This document shows positions 57,584 through 64,000 of a DNA stretch of 64,000 nucleotides, piece after piece. The position numbers and the translations under genes were made by a program. A model generated the notes under the pieces. That model saw nothing but the letters and a program-made list of their open reading frames with translations. It was not told where the DNA came from and did no database searches. The stretch is from Candidatus Beckwithbacteria bacterium CG10_big_fil_rev_8_21_14_0_10_34_10 (lineage in GTDB: Bacteria; Patescibacteriota; Microgenomatia; UBA1400): NCBI GenBank assembly GCA_002773945.1, contig PEZT01000010.1:4028-68027 (forward strand), written 5' to 3'. Position 1 is the first letter of the stretch. Each line of letters opens with the position of its first letter.

Positions 57584-58491
57584 AAGTTAGCTTTAGAAAA
57601 CTTCAATGCCAAAAAATCTTTAACTGCTTTTTGCTGGTATTTATTTCCTTTTACTTTAAATAAATATTTTAAACCTTCTTTTAAAACTGACAGTTTAGCT
57701 TTTAAAGAAGCATATTTAAAAGCAAAAAACAATCTATTTCTTGTTTGGTAATAGACTGAAGTTTTATTTCCAGCTCCACCGCTAGCAGAAGCATTTTTAT
57801 GCCAAAGAAAAGGATTAGGATCATAAAAAACTTCAAAACCTGCTTTTTTGGCTCTTAAAGAAAAATCAATATCCTCCCAATACATAAAGTACTTTTCATT
57901 TAAAAGCCCAATTTTTTCTAAACAGCTGGCTCTAATTAACATACAACAGCCGGTCGAAAAATCAGTTTTAGAAAAACTGTTATACCGGCCAATATCAACC
58001 TCATCTATTCCTCTATGGGAAGCTAGAATATTTTTCCAGTCAATTCTACCGCCAGCATACCAAATAACTTTTCCCCTCTCTTTTTCTTTGTATCTTTCTT
58101 TATGAAACTCAAAACCTTTGGCAAAATATATTTTAGGAGAAACTAAGGCAATCTTATCCCTTTCCTTAACTCCTTTAATTAAATCTACTAGTAAATTCTT
58201 ATCCACTAAAGTATCGTTGTTTAAAAGGAGTAAAAAATCCGGTTTAAATTTCAAAGCATAACGAATACCCGCATTATTCCCTGCCCCAAAACCTAAGTTT
58301 TCTTTACTCTCAATCACCTTAATTTGAAAAAACTTCTTTTTTATTGCTTTGATACTGCCGTCATTAGAAGCATTATCAACCACTATAGTTTTTAGATCTA
58401 TTTTTCCTACTTCCAATTTTTCCAAACTCCCAAGGCATTCAAGGGTGTTCTTTTTACCATTGTAGTTTAGAATAATAATAAAGATTTTCAT
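57580..58491 (-). CDS. GT2 family glycosyltransferase (rhamnosyltransferase-like)
   Basis: ILNYNG, VDNASND, NLGFGAGNN.G, LLNND, GCCMLI, FMYWEDID, RNR. Confidence 0.93.
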   Translation of the reverse strand: MKIFIIILNYNGKKNTLECLGSLEKLEVGKIDLKTIVVDNASNDGSIKAIKKKFFQIKVIESKENLGFGAGNNAGIRYALKFKPDFLLLLNNDTLVDKNLLVDLIKGVKERDKIALVSPKIYFAKGFEFHKERYKEKERGKVIWYAGGRIDWKNILASHRGIDEVDIGRYNSFSKTDFSTGCCMLIRASCLEKIGLLNEKYFMYWEDIDFSLRAKKAGFEVFYDPNPFLWHKNASASGGAGNKTSVYYQTRNRLFFAFKYASLKAKLSVLKEGLKYLFKVKGNKYQQKAVKDFLALKFSKANL

Positions 58492-58498
58492 TTTTCCT

Positions 58499-59956
58499 TT
58501 AAGACTTAAGCTCTTTATATAAAAAACCCGCTTCTTCTTTTAGTTTTCTTTTATTGACTAAAATAATTATTCCCATATATATAAAAATACTTAAAATAAT
58601 AATAATAATAATAGTAGTAGCCAAGTTTAAAATTAAATATTTTTTAAGCCAGCTTATTAAAACAAACATCACTAGAGAAGCGCTTAAGGGTCCCAAAACT
58701 TGAGAAGAAAAATTAAATTTAACATACTTTTTAACAATAAAGATGGCTATAAATGAGCTTAAATTAACTAGGACTGTCCCTACAGCCACTCCCAAAAAAC
58801 CAAATTTAACCGCTAAATATGGAGTAAACAGCCAGGTTAGAACTGTCCAGAGAACCATTAGTTTAAAAGTGGTTTTTATTCTTCCAATAGCATTAAAAAT
58901 TGTTGTTAAAAAGACTGCTAATGCTCCCCAGGCTGAGGCAAAACAATAAAGAAAAAGAGGAATTAAAGCTGGCTGCCATTTAAGATAACGAGGAATAATT
59001 TCTATTAAAGGCTTGGCGATAATCACTATCCCCGTTAAACTTGGAATAATAAGAAAACTTAAGAAGTAAAGAACTTTTTCAATGGCTATTTTTAATTTTT
59101 CCTTATCATGCTGAAGTCTGGCAAAAGAGGGAAAAGCAACCTTAATCGTGTTGTCAAGAAAATATCGTAAAGGCATTGTCGCCCATTTCTCTGCCCAACC
59201 AACCAACGCTACCCCTTCACTACCAATAATTCTGGCTAAAAGTAGAATCATAAACTTATCTTTAACAACCGCTAAAAAAGTGTTCATTTGGTAAGGCACA
59301 CCAAACTTTAGTAATCTTTTTAAAACCTTAAAAGAAAAGTTTAAACCAATCTTCCAAGGAGCAATAAAATAAAGAACAGCCGTTCCCAAAAAACTTCTTG
59401 CTAAAACTGCTAAGGTATAACTCTTTATCCCCCAGCCTTTCCATGCCAGAATAATAATAATTAAATTAAAACTAATAGTTTCGACAAATTGAGGAATAAT
59501 AATTTTATTAAATTGCAATTTTCTTTCCAATAAAACACTAGGAATTGTTTTTAAAGAAGACAAAAAGAAAGCTAAACTAAAGCTATAAACCAGCATCATT
59601 CCTGCTTTATCCAAATTGTAAAACTGTTTAATAAGAGGAGATAGAATAAATATGAGAACTAGTAATAACAAAACTAATATTTGCTGGATGGTAAAAGTCG
59701 AACGGATTTCTTTTGTGGTTGGCTCTTCTTTTTTTTGAACTAGAGCAGCCGCTAAACCCACATCAGAAAAGTAGGCTAAAATGTCAATCATGGCAGAAAC
59801 TAAAATGAAAAGGCCAAACTCTTTTTTTCCTAAAAAAACAGTAATAAAGAAATAGCCAATAAAGTTAATTAACTGTAAAAAAACAGTCCTGGTGCTTAAG
59901 GCTAAAACGCTTTTAATAGAACGCTTTTTTATAGATTTTAAATCAAAATTATCCAT
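58499..59956 (-). CDS. wzx: Wzx-type oligosaccharide flippase (MOP superfamily)
   Basis: About 12-14 TMs, EFGL, DVGLAAALVQ, LLERKLQF, FGVPY, AFPSFARLQ. Confidence 0.85.
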   Translation of the reverse strand: MDNFDLKSIKKRSIKSVLALSTRTVFLQLINFIGYFFITVFLGKKEFGLFILVSAMIDILAYFSDVGLAAALVQKKEEPTTKEIRSTFTIQQILVLLLLVLIFILSPLIKQFYNLDKAGMMLVYSFSLAFFLSSLKTIPSVLLERKLQFNKIIIPQFVETISFNLIIIILAWKGWGIKSYTLAVLARSFLGTAVLYFIAPWKIGLNFSFKVLKRLLKFGVPYQMNTFLAVVKDKFMILLLARIIGSEGVALVGWAEKWATMPLRYFLDNTIKVAFPSFARLQHDKEKLKIAIEKVLYFLSFLIIPSLTGIVIIAKPLIEIIPRYLKWQPALIPLFLYCFASAWGALAVFLTTIFNAIGRIKTTFKLMVLWTVLTWLFTPYLAVKFGFLGVAVGTVLVNLSSFIAIFIVKKYVKFNFSSQVLGPLSASLVMFVLISWLKKYLILNLATTIIIIIILSIFIYMGIIILVNKRKLKEEAGFLYKELKS

Positions 59957-61653
59957 AGAATCGCTATTCCACTTATAACAGAAATTAATTCTGCCATTTT
60001 TCTTATTAAAGTGGCTTTAAAAACCAGCATCACTTCATGTTCTCCAGGTGGAATAATTGTTTTAATTATCCCATTATTATCCTGATATTCAAAATCCCAT
60101 TTTTTCCCATCAAGATAAAGAGTCCAACCGGGAAAATAAAAGCGGTTTAACTGCAACTGACTCTCCTCATCTGAATCAACCATTAATCCTAGTTTCTGGG
60201 TTTTAGATTCTAAAACTTTAACTTTAGGATGACCATTAATAACTTTAAAATCTTCTAAGGCTACTTCCGGCTCTTCTCTGACCCAGGTCGGAATATAGTC
60301 AGGAATAACTCCACTCATAGACATCCTGATCATTTTCTCATCCGAATAATATAAATCCTTAGGGTCAATATATTCTTGGGGTTTAAAATATTGAAGATTA
60401 ACTTTTAAAATTAAAGCGCTAACTAAAAATAAAAGAGCTCCAGGCAAAACTGACTTGTTTAAAAACTTAGTTTTAAGTTTTAAATCCTTTAAATAAGATA
60501 ACCAACCACCAGCTAAAAAAGCTACTAAAACAATAATAATCGAATTAAAACGCCAGGGAAATTGAATATAGGAGAAAATAGGAATCGCATCCCAGATTGA
60601 CTTCGCTTTATAAGTGGCTAAAAAAGCTAAACCCAAACCTGAAATGATAAAAAAGAAAATTAACTTTAATCTCAAACTTAATTTTCTTTTCCAACCCATC
60701 TCCACTAAACCTAAAAGCAAAGTTATTAACCCTAATCCCAAATGGACTCTCCCTAAGTGAAATGACATCCCGTCATTAGGACCATCAACTGAACCGGCAA
60801 ATCCCCATCGACCCCAGTAATATTGTCGAAAATATAAAAAATGATGAGCATAATGACTATACCCGCCGGTTAATTCTGCCACCCGAGTAAAACCCTTTTC
60901 AAAAAAAGCCGGTATTAAAAAGAAACTACTTAAACCAATCCCCAAAAGAAAACTTACAAAAACTCTTTTAAGCTTTTTTTTATCAATCTTTTTTATCAAT
61001 AAATAGAAAATGGCGAATATAATAAAAAAGGGGAGAATGATTAAGTCTAGAATTGTATGGGATAAAAGAAAAAAAGCCAATAATAAAGAATTTAACCCGA
61101 TTATTTTCTTATTCTTTTTATCAATTACTTCACTAATTCCCCACATAACCCAGGGAATTAAACTAATAGCAAACAACTCACTTAAAGCCCCTCTAACATA
61201 AAAATCAACTGCCCTATAAGGAGAATAAACAAAAGCTAAAGCCGCTAAAAACCCAGCCATTTTCCCCCAAAACTTACGAGCTAAAAAAAACATCCCAGAA
61301 AACCCTATAAAAAAAGTCAGCATAAAAACAAGTTTAATAGAATTAATAAAACTAAAAAATAAACTAAATAATACTCCAACAAAATATGGTAAAGAGCCAT
61401 AGAAACTAAATAAAGGCATCCCATAGCCCCAACCCAAATTCCTCGACCAATATGGCGGAAAATGACCATCCTTTAAAGCCCGACTCAACTCAACTAACCT
61501 AGCAACATGGGTATAATCATGCATCCTAAAAAATTTAGGATTAAAAAGAGGCCAACATGAAGGTAAAATAATCAAAATAATTAAAGCTATGAAAAGCAAT
61601 CTTTTTTTTTCAAGCTTTATTCTGGGTTTAATTTTTGTAAAATATTTTTTCAT
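59938..61653 (-). CDS. 'PTPS-related'/YfhO-like GT-C membrane protein (paralog 3 of 3)
   Basis: MHD.THVAR, GYGMPLF.FY, YVRGALSE, QFPWRF, FYFPGW...DGK...PPGEH. Confidence 0.82.
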   Translation of the reverse strand: MKKYFTKIKPRIKLEKKRLLFIALIILIILPSCWPLFNPKFFRMHDYTHVARLVELSRALKDGHFPPYWSRNLGWGYGMPLFSFYGSLPYFVGVLFSLFFSFINSIKLVFMLTFFIGFSGMFFLARKFWGKMAGFLAALAFVYSPYRAVDFYVRGALSELFAISLIPWVMWGISEVIDKKNKKIIGLNSLLLAFFLLSHTILDLIILPFFIIFAIFYLLIKKIDKKKLKRVFVSFLLGIGLSSFFLIPAFFEKGFTRVAELTGGYSHYAHHFLYFRQYYWGRWGFAGSVDGPNDGMSFHLGRVHLGLGLITLLLGLVEMGWKRKLSLRLKLIFFFIISGLGLAFLATYKAKSIWDAIPIFSYIQFPWRFNSIIIVLVAFLAGGWLSYLKDLKLKTKFLNKSVLPGALLFLVSALILKVNLQYFKPQEYIDPKDLYYSDEKMIRMSMSGVIPDYIPTWVREEPEVALEDFKVINGHPKVKVLESKTQKLGLMVDSDEESQLQLNRFYFPGWTLYLDGKKWDFEYQDNNGIIKTIIPPGEHEVMLVFKATLIRKMAELISVISGIAILWIILI

Positions 61654-62849
61654 TTTTTAATCTTTAATAACTTAAACCCTTTATAAAAAAAATAACAAAT
61701 AACAGTTAATAAAGGAATAATAAAATAAATATATTGTCTAAAAATGGGAACCGGCGGGTTCCAATTACCATACCATATATAGGGTAAATACCTTAATAAG
61801 GCCATAAAAGAGATTAAAACAAAAAACTTGACCGCCTTAATATTTTTGGCAAGGATTGCCCAAGTTAAAGGCCAAATAAAATACCAAGAGTGCATTAGGC
61901 CAAACCGACTAAACTGAATTCCAAATAAGATTACTGCTCCCCAAAAACCCAGATCAAACTTTGGTTTAAAATACCAAAGAAGAAAAAGAGGTAGTAAAAC
62001 TACCGTTGCGTACTTAATCGAAACAGAAAAAAGAAAGAAAAAGACAAAAAACAAAAACAATTTCAACTTCTCTTTGGTTATCCTTTCCTTTTTAATTTTA
62101 TTTAAAAAATAAAAGCTTAGTAAAGCCGGAGCCATCATTGAAAAATCATTATGCCCCACACCAATGGCTTCAATTAAAATCAACGGGTTTAATAAAAACA
62201 AAACTAATCTTAACTTCCTATCTTTAAGTTTTAGGTCTTTAAATAGTTTTCTCAATATTAAAAAAGTAAACCAATAAAACAAAAAAGAAAAAGCTTTAAA
62301 ACTTAAAATCTCAGTAAAAATTCTATTTAATCCCAAGATAAAAGGAATTAAAGAAATAACAGTCCAACCATAAAAATAAGGGGCGGCCGTATGAATATTT
62401 CTCATAAAACCCAACATTGGGTCTGGAAACTCCATTGCTACATGCTTATGGGGATCAGCTCCATAAACGACTATCATCTTGGCATTAAAAATATAGTTAA
62501 AAATATCATGGGAAAAAGCTGGATAAGCAAAAACAAAAATTCCTCCCACTCCTAAAGATAAAATAATTACTTCCTTTAATAAAATCTTTTTACTCTTAAC
62601 AGCTTTAGAAACTAAAAAATAAAACAAATAAGTCAGCAAGCTAATTAAAACAAAATATAGGGTTGATCGGGGACGGTTAAAATATCCAAACCAACGCATT
62701 TTCCGTTGAAACTCTAAAAAAGGCTGAAATGAAGTCAGAGTTAAACCAATGTCTAAAAAAGAATAACTATAAACAGCAAAAAGTAATGAAAATAGAGCAA
62801 AACAAAATAGCCATATTTTAGGTGAAAATGATTTAAACTTTACTTCCAT
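61650..62849 (-). CDS. MptA/MptB-like polyprenol-P-sugar-dependent GT-C glycosyltransferase
   Basis: SHDIFNY, DP, APY.YG, LNPL...E....HND, SIKY, SWY..W. ATG at 62849 preferred over 62867. Confidence 0.75.
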   Translation of the reverse strand: MEVKFKSFSPKIWLFCFALFSLLFAVYSYSFLDIGLTLTSFQPFLEFQRKMRWFGYFNRPRSTLYFVLISLLTYLFYFLVSKAVKSKKILLKEVIILSLGVGGIFVFAYPAFSHDIFNYIFNAKMIVVYGADPHKHVAMEFPDPMLGFMRNIHTAAPYFYGWTVISLIPFILGLNRIFTEILSFKAFSFLFYWFTFLILRKLFKDLKLKDRKLRLVLFLLNPLILIEAIGVGHNDFSMMAPALLSFYFLNKIKKERITKEKLKLFLFFVFFFLFSVSIKYATVVLLPLFLLWYFKPKFDLGFWGAVILFGIQFSRFGLMHSWYFIWPLTWAILAKNIKAVKFFVLISFMALLRYLPYIWYGNWNPPVPIFRQYIYFIIPLLTVICYFFYKGFKLLKIKK

Positions 62850-63594
62850 ATTTACCCAATAAGTCATTCAATTTAATTCTTAAAACATCCAAAAACATTC
62901 TTATTGAATCTTTTATAAAACTAACCCTCTTAGTTTTATAATGCTGCCAAAAGACTGGCACTTCAGCAATTTTATAACCCATTTTCTGGCCTAAAAACAG
63001 AAGCTCAACGTCAAAAGCACCAGTATAAGCTCTTTTTGTTTCTAAATGCTTTACTTTTAGTTTTGAAAAAATATCTTTAGCGGCTTTGGTTTTTAAAAGC
63101 TTAAAACCACACTGAGTATCGTGAATTCCCGGTAAAGCAATCAGCTGAACAACTAAATTAAAAACTTTTCCCATCAAATGACGGTAAAAAGGTTCTTTTT
63201 CTCTTCTAGCTCCTTTTATTTCCCGAGAACCAATAATAATATCATAGCCTTTTTTTAAAAAAGGAAATAACTTCTCTACTTCTGAAAGGGGAGTCGCCTG
63301 ATCAAAATCAGTAAACAAAATATTTTCTCCTAAAGCTTCTACCACTCCCATAGAGACTGCCGCCGCTTTTCCCTGATGAGAATTTTTAATTAAACGCCAA
63401 TTACTCCTGCTTCTAATAAATTCCTCTATTAATTTCCTGCTTTTATCCAAAGATCCATCATCAACAATTATTACCTCATAAGAATAGGGAAATTTTTTAA
63501 GATAATCCGTCACTTTATCTAGGGCCCCTTTTTTATAGTTATCCTCTTCATTAAAACTGGGAACAATTATGGAAAGAAATATTCTATTTTTCAT
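62833..63594 (-). CDS. GT2 dolichyl/polyprenyl-phosphate glucose synthase-like (ALG5 type)
   Basis: VPSFNEE, GKAAAV..G, FTDFDQATP, IGSR, DTQCGFK, FDVELL, EVPV.W. Confidence 0.9.
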   Translation of the reverse strand: MKNRIFLSIIVPSFNEEDNYKKGALDKVTDYLKKFPYSYEVIIVDDGSLDKSRKLIEEFIRSRSNWRLIKNSHQGKAAAVSMGVVEALGENILFTDFDQATPLSEVEKLFPFLKKGYDIIIGSREIKGARREKEPFYRHLMGKVFNLVVQLIALPGIHDTQCGFKLLKTKAAKDIFSKLKVKHLETKRAYTGAFDVELLFLGQKMGYKIAEVPVFWQHYKTKRVSFIKDSIRMFLDVLRIKLNDLLGKYGSKV

Positions 63595-63660
63595 CTATAT
63601 AATCTATTTTACAATTTTGCTCTCTTTAATGAAATCTTAAAAAACTTCCTTATTCTTTAT

Positions 63661-63999
63661 TTAAATACTCTTCTTAAAAATGTAAATATAAAAATCTTTA
63701 TATCTTATCTCTTCTTTTTTATTTTCAGAAAAATAACTATAATCTATTTTCTGCCTTACCTGTTCAGGCATCCCCTTTTTTTCATCTTCAAGATAACTAG
63801 TTAAACAATCTTTTTCCTGATAGCAAACTTTAATGGCTAATTCTGCCTTACTAGAACCTACTGATTCCAAATTATTATAAGCCAATAAATATCTAACAGG
63901 AGCGTTGTAAAGTCTGGATGGAATCTCTAAAACATAAGGTTTATTTTCCGTTAAACTAACTATTTTATCCATTAATTCTTCTTTCTCCTGTAAACTCCG
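63661..63999 (-). CDS. C-terminal part of a gene starting beyond the window (probably the soluble tail of another GT-C protein)
   Basis: Frame open to the window edge (RSLQEKEELMDKIV...); the product guess rests on context only. Confidence 0.55.
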   Translation of the reverse strand, partial: RSLQEKEELMDKIVSLTENKPYVLEIPSRLYNAPVRYLLAYNNLESVGSSKAELAIKVCYQEKDCLTSYLEDEKKGMPEQVRQKIDYSYFSENKKEEIRYKDFYIYIFKKSI

Positions 64000-64000
64000 A

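Noticed and set aside
58499-59956. Classical Wzx/Wzy O-antigen or capsule locus
   Set aside because: Wzx is present but I recognised no Wzy, Wzz/Wzc or initiating phosphoglycosyltransferase; they could lie outside the window.
5210-61201. About 20 short alternative-frame ORFs of 60-103 aa (for example 5210+, 7464+, 11877-, 17767+, 34397+, 46841-, 57848+, 61010+)
   Set aside because: They lie within longer motif-bearing genes, mostly antisense, and show no recognisable motifs; treated as shadow ORFs.
63595-63660. Possible promoter (TAAAAT on the minus strand at 63606-63611) upstream of the ALG5-like gene
   Set aside because: No convincing -35 element, and such hexamers are frequent by chance in this composition.
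1-64000. Mobile elements, prophage, CRISPR array, tRNA/rRNA, diversity-generating retroelement
   Set aside because: No transposase, integrase, reverse transcriptase or Cas motifs, no regularly spaced repeats, and no intergenic gap longer than about 66 bp.
1-64000. Alternative genetic code (TGA read as Gly or Trp)
   Set aside because: Full-length ORFs tile the window under code 11 and TGA repeatedly serves as the stop in ATGA overlaps.

Overview
Very AT-rich, gene-dense bacterial DNA using the standard genetic code (TGA is a stop; many ATGA start/stop overlaps). Essentially the whole window is one cell-surface glycosylation locus, and it runs off both ends. I call 57 CDS: about 24 polytopic GT-C-fold or GT-C-like membrane glycosyltransferases (plus a probable 25th cut by the right edge), 11 GT2 (6 of polyprenol-phosphate-sugar-synthase type), 7 GT4, 4 SAM methyltransferases, a five-gene GDP-D-glycero-alpha-D-manno-heptose-type block (hddC-gmhA-hddA-gmhB-second nucleotidyltransferase), a DegT-type aminotransferase, a FAD oxidoreductase, a DUF2304 protein, one Wzx-type flippase and one membrane-anchored hypothetical protein. 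45 genes run co-directionally on the minus strand from 50956 to 761 with gaps of at most about 50 bp. The paralog families and style suggest a Patescibacteria/CPR (Microgenomates-like) genome; this is inference. The most interesting candidate system is the heptose block followed directly by a polyprenol-P-sugar synthase and five tandem GT-C paralogs, which suggests lipid-linked (polyprenyl-phospho-heptose) extracytoplasmic heptosylation. I recognised no RNA genes, mobile elements, CRISPR arrays or pseudogenes. All family calls come from motif recognition by eye, not database searches.
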